Shown here: piece after piece, positions 42,491-59,150 of the stretch
How the letters are laid out: each line of letters starts with the position of its first letter
How positions within the stretch are numbered: position 1 is the first letter of the stretch
DNA from: the human T2T-CHM13v2.0 reference genome, Homo sapiens
Strand: one strand, 5' to 3'
DNA: 64,000 nucleotides
Assembly: GCF_009914755.1 (NCBI RefSeq)
Contig: NC_060925.1
The notes under the pieces: generated by a model
Told to the model about the DNA's origin: nothing
The model's input: the letters and a program-made list of their open reading frames with translations, nothing else
Databases searched by the model: none
Program-made: the position numbers and the translations under genes

Positions 42491-44071
42491 CCTAAGTAGA
42501 TCGTCAATTGGAAAAAGAAAGTTATTGTTTACTAAACTCTCCATGTCTCTTTGCACTATATTTGATGCTTAACTTGTAACTATTCAGCAAAAGATTCATT
42601 TCACAATTACATGTACCCTTTGCTGAATAAAATAAAGTATCATATAAATCAGTTTTTTGCATTCTAATTTCACAGAGCTTTAGATTTGTTAGTTTATTTG
42701 TTAAAAACATGAGAAATTCTTAGATCCTCTTTAACAATTCAGATGAAAATTAAAATATTTATTAAAACAAAGTTGTGTCCATGTTATTTTTATGTGTGTG
42801 TAATAGTGTAACAACATCAAAGTTAGTTTAATATCGCTTCATTTGCTTTACTTACATTTTCAGGACTTGCAAGAATTTCAAAACCAGACATACCTTTCAA
42901 CTGTATAAGCACCTTTTCATTTAACATCCATCCTCTTTTAAGAGTCATAGAATATGTACTACTACTATCGAGTTAGAGATTATCTATTTCTCAAGCCTAT
43001 CTTTCACACAGGCTAAATGACTTGTGTATTGCATGTGTGTAGTGTTGAAAACATTAAGAAGAACATACACTATAAAATGTTTTTTAAATGTTTTCATTTA
43101 ATATTTAATGAACAAATACAAGCACTATATTTTACCTCAAGCAATATAATATAATGTTCACTAAAACTTCTTTTATATAAAAATCTTGTTAGCCTTTTCT
43201 ACAGACTCTGGATTTGACAAAATGTCTAATCTAAAAGAGAAATGTTGAAATAATTTAGTAAAATAAAAAATATAATTACTCAAGAGCTCAGTAATCCCTA
43301 AAAATGTTAAAGGGAAGCCTATATTTTGTTATAAAAATAAAACTATTGCAAGTATATAGAGTTGTCCAAAAAGTTTCGGAATATTTATCTCATCTGGACT
43401 TTTTATAATCAAAGGTAGTCAAAAAACAGTGTACTGTAAATATAGTGATCAAAACATCACAATATTATAAATTGAATACTTCCTAAATCCAATAACATTT
43501 TCTAAGACAACTTAATGTGTACCGTTTTTGGTTGCTTGTTTCTCAAGGGAGACGTGGAAATTATTCAGTAAATGCTTGCTAATATTGGGATTTGCTTTTT
43601 ATATATTCTTTGTTGTGAGCAATGTGATCTCTTCCATAATTGTCTATTTAAATGAGAATGAGTTCACATAGATTCTGTAATACTTTTCATTTCATCATAA
43701 AGTTTTTAAAGCATATTGCATAATGTTTAAGAATGCCTAAAATAAATCTTTGATTAACCAGATAGCATAAGATATAATGGGAATGTATTTAGGACTCTGT
43801 TCCCTGAAGGTCAAGAAATTGGTCCCAATCAAGCTATCATAGAGAGGAAGTAATAGAGATAAGTGCCATAAGTTTTCATAAGGAAAAGGTGATATTTTAA
43901 TTAAATATAGATATGCATCCTTTATTATCTTGAAAACTCATTTGTTAAAAATTCCTGAAATAACTTGATATTTTCCATATAACAAAGCTTTTAAAAACAA
44001 TCCCTTGTGAACGTAAAATATTTAGTGTAGTAACACAGAAACAAGTTAAGGCAATATTTGACTCTCATATC

Positions 44072-44692
44072 TTTTTTTTTTATTGTACTTTAAGTTTTAG
44101 GGTACATGTGCACAATGTGCAGGTTAGATACATATGTATACATGTGCCATGTTGGTGTGCTGCAACCAATAACTCGTCATTTAGCATTAGGTATATCTCC
44201 TAATGCTATCCCTCCCCTCCCCCCACCCCACAACAGGCCCCAGTGTGTGATGTTTCCCTTCCTGTGTCCACGTGTTCTCATTGTTCAATTCCCACCTATG
44301 AGTGAGAACATGCGGTGTTTGGTTTTTTGTCCTTGCGACAGTTTACTGAGAATGATGATTTCCAGTTTCATCCATGTCCCTACAAAGGACATGAACTCAT
44401 CATTTTTTATGGCTGCATAGTATTCCATGGTGTATATGTGCCACATATTCTTAATCCAGTCTATCATTGTTGGACATTTGGGTTGGTTCCAAGTCTTTGC
44501 TATTGTGAATAGTGCTGCAATAAACATATGTGTGCATGTGTTTTTATAGCAGCATGATTTATAGTCCTTTGGGTATATACCCAGTAATGGGATGGCTGGG
44601 TCAAATGGTATTTCTAGTTCTAGATCCCTGAGGAATCACCACACTGACTTCCACAATGGTTGAACTAGTTTACAGTTCCACCAACAGTATAA
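44072..44692 (-). mobile_element. 5'-truncated L1PA3-like
   Basis: Young L1 3' UTR; TSD CTCTCATATCTT at 44062-44073 and 44695-44706; TCTT/AA endonuclease site. Confidence 0.97.
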
Positions 44693-44721
44693 GCCTCTCA
44701 TATCTTAAAATAAAATTATCT

Positions 44722-45050
<329 letters not shown>

Positions 45051-45725
45051 TTAGTTTTATATTGATTAACGAGTTCTTGAGATAGACTCTAGTCAATTCA
45101 ATAAATTATTTCTACAATAATTTTAGTTGTACATTGTATTCTCCCATATATCATGCTGTACACATGTGTCATCAAATTTCTGATCTATTAATGAAACACT
45201 GATATACTGAGATGTAGCAGGCTTCCGGCCTCTTGCTCCACAATGTGACTACATATGTCAATATGGTATTCCTGAAAAAAACTGGCAGTATTCACTTACT
45301 TTGTCAGTGGAGGTTGTTGATCACTTTGAACTGAATCATATAATTCTCTGCCTGTGACATTCAAGATCAACAGTATGGATCCAAGAACAGGGAGTTTGTA
45401 TTGTGATAGCAGCATTTGGTCTTAGGGTGAGTAGACATTAGTTCCAGAAATAGTTAAGGTCTTTAAAGTCTTTTGATTTATGTCAGGAGGTAATAATTTC
45501 TACCTCTCAAATGTGATTTCAATATCAAATATTATAAATGAATACCCTTCAGGCTATCTGGAGAGAGCTCATTTTCTTTGAATGTATTAGCTTCTGGCAT
45601 TCTATATTTTAATAGATTCCCCTGTGTCCTCTTGTTGATAAGAATAGATGCCTGTGTTTTCTTGATATTTTATCTTTTATTGTTTTTTCTGGTTAACATA
45701 TTTTTAAAATGCACCTATTATTTCT

Positions 45726-47719
<1,994 letters not shown>

Positions 47720-48284
47720 CACCTATTATTTCTAAGAAATTTAAGGGCAGCTATTTTTATATCTTGCTTAATTTTGTATTGTTATTTATATTATACAAAT
47801 TTATTAAATAAGTGTTTAGAATTTTAGAAAATACATTACTTGATGTATGACATGAAATTAAAGTATAGATCCTTAGCATTTAGATGTTGAATCTTTTTTC
47901 TTACTTGTAAAATTGAATATTTTCATTGTTTCTAATTTCTAGGATGTTTATAATTTTTTAACTAAAATTCAGCCACCAAGTTTATTTCTACCAGGGGAAA
48001 AATTAGACATAACTGAAATGCTATTGACATAATTTCTTTCTGCAGTTATTTCATCTAACTTAAATTAATAATTAACAACCATAAAATGTTTTTAATGTAC
48101 ATTAGGACTATATTAATCTAGTCTGTTATTTGATAATAAAAAATATAATATGATGTGTTGTTAAAAACTTTATCGACATATTTTTGTCAGGTTGAATTTA
48201 TGAGCTATAATTTTCTGATAAATCGTATGAAATTCTTGGTACCTAGAGATCTGAAAACTTAACATTCAGATTACATTTGACAGG

Positions 48285-49706
48285 ATAGAAAGCCAGGAAA
48301 TAAATTCAAGTATGATGATTTTTGCCAAAGCTTCTGAGTACACAAAATAGAGAAAATATAGTTTCTGCAATAAATGGAGTTGGGAAAACTGACCATCCAC
48401 ATGGAAAAGAATGAAATTCAACTTTTATCTCACACTGATAAATGAACTGAAAATGGATGTAAGACTTAAACCTAAAACGTGAAACTCTAAAGCTGCTAGA
48501 AGAAAACGGAGAGAAAATCACCATGATATTATTCTGGGTAGTGATATCTTAGATAAAACTCTAAAAGCACAGAAAAAAAAAAAAAAAGAGAGAGAGAGAA
48601 AAGCACCAAATAGGATTGGATCAAACTAATAAGCTTCTGCACAGCCAACGAAACAATTACCAAAATGAAGAGACAACCTACAAATTGGAAGGAAATATTT
48701 ATAAACCATGTTTGATAACCATACTGTGATAACACAGTATATAAGCCACACAAGCAACTCAATAGCAAGAAAACAATTAACTCAATTAAAACATGGGCAA
48801 AGAATCTGAACCAACATTTCTCAAAAGAAGAGACATAAATGATCAACAGATACATGAAAAAATTTGCAGCATCTCTAATCATCAGGGAAATTCAAATTAA
48901 TACTGCAATGAGATATCATCTTATGCCTGTTAGCATAACTATTATAAAAAAGACAAATGATAGCAAGTGTTGGCAAGGATGTGGAGAAAAATTACTTTTG
49001 TATGCCATTACTAGAAATGTAAATTAATATAGCCATTTTGGAAAATACTATGAAGATTTCTCAAAAAAATGAAAAGAAAAAGAAAACGATTGCCATATAA
49101 TTCAGTAATCCCACTTTTGGTTATATATGCAAAGGAATTGAAATCAGTATGTTGAGGAGATATCTGCACTCTCATGTTCATTTCAGCATTATTCACAATA
49201 GCCAAGATATGTAAGCAACATAAGTGTTCATCAGCAATCATCATCAAATAAATGGATAAAGAAAATGTGTAATATATGTATATATATATAAATATATATA
49301 TAAATATATATATATAATTAAATATATTCTACAGTCTTAAAAACCTCTGTAAGTTTCAACAATATGAATGGAATTGAATTGCAGGACATTTTGCTATGTG
49401 AATTATGCCAGGCACCGAAAGACAAATACTGTAGGATCTCACTCGTATGTGTAATCTAAAAAAGTCACTCTCACAAACAGAGTAAAAAAGTGGTTAGCAG
49501 AGTCTAGGAAAGGCCAGGGAAGAATGAGGAAAGGGAAGCAGTTGATCAAAGGCTACAAAGTTCCAGTTAGACTATGGGAATGTTTTACTTATCTATCATA
49601 CTGCCTTGTGACCACAGTTAATAACAATGTGTCACATACCTCAAATTAGCTAAAATAGATTTTTAATGTTCTGACTACAAAAAACAATAAATTGGTAAGG
49701 TGATGA
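48285..49706 (+). mobile_element. L1MA-class (about MA6-8) 3' portion
   Basis: ORF2 end (ATGAGATATCATCT..CAAGTGTTGGCAAGGATGTGGAGAAA) and 3' UTR; internal (TA)n at 49272-49327. Confidence 0.9.
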
Positions 49707-50049
49707 AAAAAAGAACTTGAATGAATAAATGAATATCATAGTTTAAGAATGGAATGCAATGATTAATTAATGTGATATAATTGATTAATTTATATAAATA
49801 TAGTTTTCTGCCTTTAAAGAAACTTCCTGGAACATCAAGATGTAATTAGACTTTTGAGGAGTCTCTTGGCATCATTTTGTTTTAGAATAAAAACAATAGT
49901 AGTTATAGGATGTATATTGGCTCTGACCCTTAGATATTTTGTTTTTATAATAAATAGAAGTTTGTTCTAATAGGTTAAGTGAGAGGTATTTGGGGGGAAT
50001 TTTTGTTGTTTTTTTAAACTAATAGTAAGAACCAATCAATAAAGATGTG

Positions 50050-50275
50050 TTTATCAGATCTGTAATCAAATGCCTGATTTCAAATCTTGCTTCTGTCAAT
50101 TGTTGCTACATTCCTGGGAAATTTATTTAACCGCTCTGAACAAAAGTTTCCTCAACAGTAAAATGGAGATTAAAAACATTTAATTTATAGAACTATTAAA
50201 AGGATGAAAAATCACACAAAAGTGCTTAATGTATACTTTCCCAATAATTTATTATATTGTTATTATTATTACTAT
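50050..50275 (+). mobile_element. MIR
   Basis: TTCAAATCTTGCTTCTG..ATTTAACCGCTCTGA..AGTTTCCTCA..GTAAAATGGAGAT. Confidence 0.8.
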
Positions 50276-51214
50276 TATGAGAAATATCTCACTCTATGCA
50301 ATATGCACCTGTGGAAGACTTTGAAATAAAACCTGTAGGTTAATTTCCGGTTGCTTCTGTAACAAATTACCACAAATATAACGGCTTGCATACTCTTTTT
50401 GCTTTAACATTATGTACCTTACTATTTTATTATAAAGTGCCCATTAACTCTCCCAGAAAATTCATGACAAAATAATAAATTGATTTTCTGCTGTGCATCA
50501 CTGTCTTGAGAATTTGATTATTATGAGTCATTTATCACAAATGGGACAAAATCTAGTCTCATTAATGGAACTATCTGGTTATTTAATGAAGAAATTGAAA
50601 TAAATGTAATGGTCCAATCAATGAAAGACTCTTTAGTGGTTTTCTACTTTAGTTAGTACCTGGTATAACCTTCTTACATGCTTTTTTGTTTCCTCTTTAA
50701 TTCTAAAGTTCATTTTATTTTTGTTATTTTATTGGTTTGCTTGTTATTGTTTCAAATTTTTCCCTCAAAGGGTCTTAATAAAATAATCCTGAGATATTTA
50801 ATATCTCACTTTAAAAATATTCTGTTCTTTTGGCATAAAGCAAGTTTTCCAAACTAGCAAAGCTCTAATTAGAAGAAATTATATGTTTCTAGAACTTAGG
50901 CACAAAAGGCAGGAAAAAATCATTCAGCAACCTATTTCCTATTTTAACGACTGTGAGTTTGTAGTTGAATATCTTTTTTGAAAGCAAATATTTTAAGTAC
51001 ATAATTTAAAGGATTCACCATTGGTTAGAAAACATTTTCATTCAGTGATTCAAATTTAGTATAGGCATATTGATAAATAATATATTTTCTTCTCTTTTAT
51101 TGCCTGTTCATAACAATTGAGTGAAAAATCAAGACAACTGTATTACATAAACTTTGGTTAACTGAGGATCTTATGCATTTTATTGCAGATAGTACTAGAT
51201 AGACAGGTGATGTT

Positions 51215-51473
51215 AATAATAGCTAACATTTAAGTACTCACCATGTGTTAGGAGTTTTCTTAAGTTCCTCTCATTGGTTAGCTCATTTGGTGGGGTAATG
51301 AACCATATGAAATAGGTTCTTTTATTATCTCCATTTTATAGATGAGGAACCTGGAATAGGAGAGGTTTCAGTAATCTAACCAAGGTCACACAGCTATTAA
51401 GTGATGGAGCTAGTAGTTTAACACAGGCAATATGATTCCAAACCCCGAACCTATTGTAAGATTATTCTGCCTC
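51215..51473 (-). mobile_element. near-full-length MIR
   Basis: AATAATAGCTAACATTTA..CCATTTTATAGATGAGGAACCTG..CCAAGGTCACACAGCTA. Confidence 0.9.
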
Positions 51474-52139
51474 CACTGAATGCTCCATTGTCTTCTGTAC
51501 ACACGTTTGACACAGGATCATTATTACTTCAGTAAATTAAAACACACAAGTAAATTCACATTTATATTTCCACTTTTTTGTATTTTTTATGATCAGTAAA
51601 GCCACTGTTAATTAATATGTCTTGACTTTTATTGCATAACGATACCTTATTTTCTCATTCTCTGATGCTTTATTATATATTGGTAAACTGTAAATATATA
51701 ATTAATGTGAAAACCACAGTAGTTCTTTATTTTCCTATCAATAAAATAATTTATGACTTATGTATTTATGCATTCTAGCGCGATAAAAGCAAATTAACTT
51801 TTCTGATGTGTATATCAATTCCAAATAAACTGATATATTCTGTTTTATTTCTTAGATTGCACTTGAAGTGTTTTCTCTTTAACAAAACAGATACAAGATT
51901 TAATTAAATATAGTCAACTTCTCATATTTGAAAGCTTCTCCTCTATTTTGTGTCATTCAACAGAATACTGCTGAATGGGCCTGTGTATATGCTAATATGT
52001 TAATGTTACATATAATTATTAGATTATTTTATTTTGAAGACTATTATTTAAAATGTCTGGTTTTGTTAATATTTAACCTAAAATTTATATAAAGGGCTCA
52101 TGGAATGGCAAATTTAAAGTGCCAATAATTTGTATTTTC

Positions 52140-53540
52140 TTGATTTATTGAACATTTATTAAGTGACTTATGTTGACAACACCCACTACATCCATATACA
52201 ACATTCATACCATATCACCGCGTCTTTGTGAAAATTAGAATGGGGGAAGAAAAGATAAATCTAAATTAAATCATAACCCAAAATGCTTAATTACAATAAG
52301 ATTACCTCTCTCAAGAGAAAAGACATTAAGCTAGGGAGGGCATAAATAAGGATGCCGTTACCTAGGGAGTCATAGAAGAGTTCTGGAAGAACCTACATTA
52401 AAGCTATGGTTTGAAGGACATGTTGAGTTAGATGAAGAAGTCAGACAAGGGCATTTGAGTCTGCCCATTTCAGCATGCCTTCAATTAAAGTAGTTTTGAA
52501 TGGAGGAAGGTTGGAGAGGAATAATGTAATATTAAAAAAATTTCTAGGGTAAACCATGTGGTCATTTTACTTCCTGTTATGTTTTTATAAAGCAATAGAC
52601 ATTATTGAAGAATTCTAAATTGGGGAGTGATATAATCAGAATTGCATTTTTGAAAGAGCAGTATGATATCTTGTGAATAATAATTTGAGGAGGGTTAAGA
52701 ATGGATGCAAGAATACATGTTAGAGAAAGTTTTCACCCAATTAGACCACAAGGAAACAAAAGATATTCATCATTTAGAACTCAAGTCCATTATCATCAAC
52801 TTTTTCAAATCACTCTTGACTGCTCTTCTTCTTAAAAGAATTCATCAAATCTTTGTGCCTTTTTTGTGCATTATATATATACACATATATGACCACTATA
52901 TTATTTTTGTTGCATTAAAAATAACTTGTCTCTGTAAACCACAAGCTTACTGAGAGAAAGAACTATATTCTAATTAAACTTTCTATTCCCTCTGCCTAGC
53001 GCAAAGCTTAATATATAACAGACATTTAATATGTGATAATAGATAAAGTTAATACACTAATCAGGAATGCATAAGACATAGGTTTGGATTAATCTGCACA
53101 CTATGACAGCTGAAATTCTATGAATGCAAGAAACAAATCAGAAAGGTGGTCTGAGTAAAGAAAAGAGTTAAGATTTTAACTTCGAGGAAGATAATAAGAG
53201 GCTGCGAGAGGAAGAAAATCCTATGCAAATAAATAAAACTGAAGAACTGATAAGATAGGTAGAAAACCAAGTGTAATTAATGAAGTTAAAGGAGTTAACA
53301 TTTTTATATAAAGTTTTCAAAAGATTTCCATAAAGCAAAATGCCACAAAAAGGGCAAGGCATAAAAAGTAAGAACTGACATTTTGTCCATTGACTTTGAC
53401 TACACAGAGGATGCTGCTACATTTTAGGACTTGACATTACCTGTGGAGTGGTAATGTCACTCCACAGTATCAGATTGCATTGAATTAAAGGTTGGTCAGA
53501 GAGAAATAAGTAGATAGAGAGGTGAAATAGAAAACAGGAG
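52140..53540 (-). mobile_element. L2 fragments (an opposite-strand L2 3' end at about 52770-53047)
   Basis: AACATTTATTAAGTGACTTATG; GGGGAGTGATATAATCAGA; GTCCATTGACTTTG. Confidence 0.55.
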
Positions 53541-53734
53541 TTACCTATTTTTTTGTTTTGTTTAAGTATATACATTTATGTGTAGATTTGTGTGTGTGTG
53601 TGTGTAGGTTTTAACTGCCCTTTAGAAAGGACATTTGTGCATTTTTATATTTTGCGAGGAAAACAGAAGGATGATTGAGGAGAAGACTTTAAAGAGAGAG
53701 ACCTGATGTATTGATAAATCAAGTGGTAATTTTC

Positions 53735-54075
53735 AAATATTTAGGGATACTTCAGATATCTTTTTGTTATTAATTTCTACTTTAATTCAGTTATGGTCTA
53801 TAAACTGAGTAAAATTTGTTTGCTTTAGTGTCCAGCATATGTCAATGTTGATGACTTTTCTATGGCTATTTGAAGAGAAAGTGTAGTATACTGTAGTTGG
53901 ATGGAGTGTTCTATAAAAGTCATGTAGGTTAAGTTGGTCACTTGTGATATTTAGGCATTTTAAGTCTTTGTCTTTTTATTCTATTTATGACTGAGTGAAG
54001 CATATGGAATTTTATAACTGTAGTTGTCGATTTGTATTTTATTCTTTTCAGTTCAGTGAGTTTTTTCTTTGTGTT
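53735..54075 (-). mobile_element. old L1M ORF2 (EN region) fragment
   Basis: TTAATTTCTACTTTAATTC..GTTGGATGGAGTGTTCTATAAA. Confidence 0.7.
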
Positions 54076-54079
54076 TGTT

Positions 54080-54957
54080 TTTTCATTTTTCATTTCAATA
54101 GTTTTTGGGGAACGGGTGGTTTTTGGTTACATGCAAAAGTTCTTTAGTGGTAATTTCTGAGATTTTGGTGCACCCATCACCTGAGCAGTGTACACTGTAC
54201 CCAGTGGATAGTCTTTTATCCCTTGCTCCCTTCCCACCCTTCCCCACAAGTCCCCAGAATCCATGATATTATTCTTAGGTCTTTGTGTACACATAGCTTA
54301 GCTCTCACTTATGAGTGAGAGAGTATGACATTTGGTTTTCCATTCCTGAGTTACTTCAATTAGAATAATCATCTCCAACTACCTCCAGGTTACTGCAAAT
54401 GCCATTATTTCATTGCTAAGTCATATTCTATTGTGTGTATATACCATATTTTCTTTATCCACTTGTTGGTTGATGGGCATTTAGGCTGGTTCCATATTTT
54501 TGCAATTCCAAATTATGCTGCTAAAACATGCATGTGCCTATGTCTTTTTCATATAATGGCTTCCTTTCCTCTGGGTAGGTACCCAGTAGTGAGATTGCTA
54601 GATCAAATGGTAGTTCTACTTTTAGCTCTTTAAGGAATCTCCATACTATTTTCCATAGTGGTTGTACTGGTTTATATTCCCACCAAGAGTGGAAAAGTGT
54701 TGCCTTTTCACCACATCCACGCCAACATCTATTATTTTTTGACTTTTTAATTATGGCTATTCTTACAGGGGTAAGGTGGTATCTCACTGTGGTTTTAATT
54801 TGCACTTCCCTGATAATTAATGATGTGATCATTTTTCATATATTTGTTGGCCATTTGTATATCTTCTTTTGAGCGTTGTCTCTTCATGCCCTTTGCCTAC
54901 TTTTTGATGGAATTATTTTTTTTTCTGGCTGATCTGTTTGAGTTCCTTATAGATTCT
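54080..54957 (-). mobile_element. L1PB1-like 3' portion
   Basis: GTTTTTGGGGAACGGGTGG..TTCTTTAGTGGT..GAGATTTTGGTGCACCCATCAC; ORF 54521-54832 is ORF2p C-terminal. Confidence 0.92.
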
Positions 54958-54959
54958 AA

Positions 54960-56400
54960 ACTCCTTGTAGATTTAGTTACCTTGTCTGTGTTGAGTCATT
55001 TGATGTGTGCATCTAAGAGTATCTTCATCTCTGTTATTAAACTTTTTTTTTTTCAAGAAGTACCATTTAACTCTTTCAGAATATCCATCTCTTTGCTGAA
55101 ATTCTCTATCAGGTCACTCATGTTTTCCACATTTTTTTTTCCTAGAAATTCTATTATATTTCTTAGACTTATTTAAATTATCTGTTTCATGCCATATTAC
55201 AGCCTGGTTCTCTTAATTGCTTTATCTCCATAAAGTGTGTTGCTTTTTTGTCTTTTACTGTGTATCATATATTTCTTGGTGGAAATCTGGACATATTTTC
55301 TTGGCAATTAGAGGCTGAGGTAAATAGAATTTATGCCTGCAAATTGTCACATCTCTTCTGTGTTGTTTATGTGTGGGGTGGATTTAGTATGAATTGCACC
55401 ATGCTTTGTTTTTGTTGTCATTATAGTTACCCTCTGTGAATCTCGGGGCTTAAATTGCACCAAACATGTCTCATACAGAGAGTAAGAGCTGGTTCACTGA
55501 AGAGTTTGTATCAGCATTTGCTCCAACCCAACCTCTCAGTATTACCTTTTCACCTGTGCCTCAGAAAGGGTCTCCTTCCATGATTTTGCTCTCCCAAAAG
55601 AAGACTAGTGTAACTTGCTCTTGGATGTTGGCTAGGCTGATGAAGGAGGGCTTGGGATGTGTTCTATTGGTATAGTTCAGCCTTAGTGTTAGGCAGACAT
55701 TGTGTCACTAGGTCTCAGGGGTAGGATCACCTGAGCCATCCTGCTACTCTTCTAGCAATAGGGACTTTTAAAGGCATATTCAGTTACAGAACAGTAGGAG
55801 ATAACATCAGAACCGTAACATGACAAACATGACAAATAAATTTGAAGGCATATGACCTGAAAAAAGAATAGGATCACAATTTACTTATTACTTTATTTGT
55901 TTGCTTGTTTGTGTATGTGTGTAATGCTTTCCTTCTGATATAATGAGTCTTCACCTATGCCCACAAACTGACCGTGTTTGCTACCATTTATCCAATGGCT
56001 GAAGGCTTTTGTTCAACAAGGGAAATGAGGAGAATGATTCCAGTGTGTCTGTGCCTCTCCTGCTGTATATTCTGCCTCTCTCATGCCTGCACCGGTGTGG
56101 AAGCTTTATCCTATCTTACTCTTCTCTCGATCTTTTAGCTGCCTGCCTAGTAAATTTCTTGGCACAGAGCTTGTGAGTGAGTGTAAATTTTCCTTGTGTC
56201 TATGGTCCCCATGGGTTCTATTTTCTCATATGAGCTCACAGTTCATCTCTAGCAATGTTCAAAATGTTAGCAAAGTTCTTCTTACCATCTGGTGCCTACC
56301 CCTGGCAAGCAAGTGTCTGCCTTTCCATAAATTTGGGGTTATTTGGCTGACCTAATACCTCAGCTCTCTGATGAGATCAGGAAGCTTGTGACTCTTTTAG
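54960..56400 (-). mobile_element. old L1M ORF1/5' UTR remnants
   Basis: TCCATCTCTTTGCTGAAATTCTCTATC; GAGGCTGAGGTAAATAG; 5' boundary uncertain. Confidence 0.5.
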
Positions 56401-57169
56401 CTTCACTGATTTGTTTAAAGTTAGGCAATTTTCCTTCTAAATTGTACAGTTCAAGTAAAAGCCAAAATATGTACAAATAAAAAAATTTCAAGAAGTTTTT
56501 TATGTTGTATTATTAGTTTACTCTTGGTGCATATCCAAAATGTTATTTTTCCAAAGGCTAAATTTCAACTTCCAAACCATATTTATGTATTTATAAATCT
56601 AGTCTGTATTTATAAATCTAGTAAATATTAACTACCAGTTTTAAGAGTTCTTGTATTAGTATTTGGTCTGTTATGGAATTGGTTTACACCTTAAAGTACT
56701 TTTGACCACATTTAAATTTAATATAGTTAGTTTTCTTATCAAATATGTTTCTTATTTAATTGATTACATATAAATACTCAAAGATATATACAAATTGTTA
56801 TAAATTATATAAATTAAACTTTTTAATATGGTGCTTCTTAACTTATATATGTATATATTTAATCAAAAATTAAATTTGACTTAAAATGGACAATATAATT
56901 AAGTTACAGAATTATATATTGTAAGTAGAATTCTAAGCTTAAACTATGATTTCAATGGTTTATATTTTCTTAAACATAACAAACATGACAAATACTTAAA
57001 GTCTATATATTCACAGATTGTTTAAAAAATAATTGATAGATTTTATTTTATTTCTTACATATTTATACAGTTAACTCTCAACTTTCTACAGTTAAAGAGA
57101 CTTATACAATAAGGAATCAATCTGAGGTTATTTCCTGGGATGCCAACTGTGTGAGCATTCTGGAAAGAA

Positions 57170-59150
57170 AGCCAGTCTGTTTACAGTGGGAGAAGTAATG
57201 GAGAGGAAACAGTAGGAGATAATACCAGAAGGATAATAGAGGCCATTTAATGTGAGGATTTTTAAAAAATATATCTATTACTTTAAGCAAAATTGAAAGC
57301 CACTGGAAGGCTTTGGGCAGCAGATTAGTAATTTGTTACAGGGCATGCTTTTAATAAGATCAGTATATCTGCTCTGTTGAAAAGAACTTGCAGAAGGAGG
57401 GAGACCTGTTGGGAGATTATAATCCAAGCATACATGACAGAGATTCACATCTATCTGGCAGGATCCACGTAGTAAACAAATAAAACTCTCAAAGCCATCA
57501 TTAAATGATTAAGTGTAATATCATAAAAGAAATTTCTACAAAACTGCTTTCTGGGTTAAAAGAAACCAACAAGGTATGATGAACCAGGAAGAAAACACCT
57601 ACCTTGTGCATAAAAGTCAGGGGAAATGAGTGATGCACAAAACCCAGTGAGACTTCTAGCCATACAAGAAGGCTACCTTATAGGAGCATGCCCTTGGGTT
57701 GAGAAACAGCCACGTTCAAACCTAATCCCTCAAGAAGGGAGCTGGGAAATCACTACTTCAACCAATGTCCCCTTTGTTCTCCTGCCAGTTCCACTATTCT
57801 CAAGAAAGTAAAGAGAAGTCAGAGGTCAAAGTGTTTTCATAAGATATAAAGATGCTTTTGATGGCAGGATGAAAAACTTTGAAACTCAGGTGAAAGATGG
57901 AACTCTTGGTTACTTGCCAATTTTTTTTTTTTTTAAAGACTACCAGGAGGAGTCACATGGGATGATCTTGGGGACAAAATAAAAGCAAGCTAGATTTACA
58001 GGGGAAAGCTTAGGTATGGCAAGGAGGGTATTATAAGCTAGATTTCACAGGTGGTCTATAGATTAACTGATTTGAATATTTTACCGCAGGCATTTGGACA
58101 AGAGCCCTGGTTGTCTGGTATCTAGACCCAGGGCAAGTAGAGCAGCTGCATAGTGGCCCAGAGTTTGACAGCATGATTAGGAAAGAAGCTGGAGTGTGGA
58201 CTTAATCAGCTTCTTAAGAAGAGGAACTAGCTGGTCAGTAGCCAAAGCCTCAAACCTCGGTCAAAACAGCATTAAAACAAACAAACAAAAACAACTATAT
58301 TACACAAGGGGCCTTCTTTGATATAATCTTTAAAGGTTGTGCCCACAAGATACAGAGCCAGATGAAAAAAAGTGAAGAGGGCAACAGGAATTGAGAAGAA
58401 GACGGTAAATTGTTGGTATATTGATGACGTTTAATGTCATAGACCAGGTGTAATTATCAAAGGCAAGAGTATAGATAGAAAAGAGAAAAGATCCCAAAAT
58501 TGAGGGATTACCTAACTGTCCAGGGATGAGCGGAATAATTCACCATAATAGATAGAAGAGAAGAAAGAAGCATCACACCAGTATAACATCTTGGAAACCA
58601 AATGGTATAAAAAGTATTAAGGAGGAGGAAATATAGATTAACACAAATAGAGACTGATAACTGACCACTGGAATTAGCAAAGTGAAAGTAAGTGTTGACC
58701 TTTTAGGAATAATTATATTATATGGTGGAAATGTATGAAATCTTGATCAGCAAGTGAACCACAGAGCAAAATAAAATAATTGGAAACAGGTTAAAGACAA
58801 TACTTTGTTTGTTTGTTTTTGAAATGGAGAATCCCAAAGTGAGGCATTGTCTGGTTGTTTATTTGTTGTCTGGTTTTAGATAAGAGAAAGGCCAGCATAC
58901 ATGCACACTGATGAAAATGATCCATCAAAGAGAAAAAGAGTGAGGCCAGGAAGAGAAAATTGCAGAAGCTTTGCCTTTGCATGGGCAACATTAAGTGGGA
59001 ATTAGTGCACTAAAGAAGAGAAGTTTTTGTAAGGAGTATGAAAAGAACATATATACTAAAGGTGGGAAATGACAAGTGGGCAGATGCTAATAGGAAAACT
59101 GAGGTGTTAATTACTGTTGAGCAAGATTTAGGAAGGAGAAGACATGATGC
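57170..59150 (-). mobile_element. L2, interrupted by LTR(s)
   Basis: GAAAGCCACTGGAAGGCTTTGGGCAG; GAGTATAGATAGAAAAGAG; GAGACTGATAACTGACCACTGGAATTAGCAA. Confidence 0.7.
57850..58304 (-). mobile_element. ERVL LTR (MER73/MER54-like)
   Basis: GCATAGTGGCCCAGAG..GTGTGGACTTAATCAGCT..AAGAAGAGGAACT..TATATTACA terminus. Confidence 0.55.
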
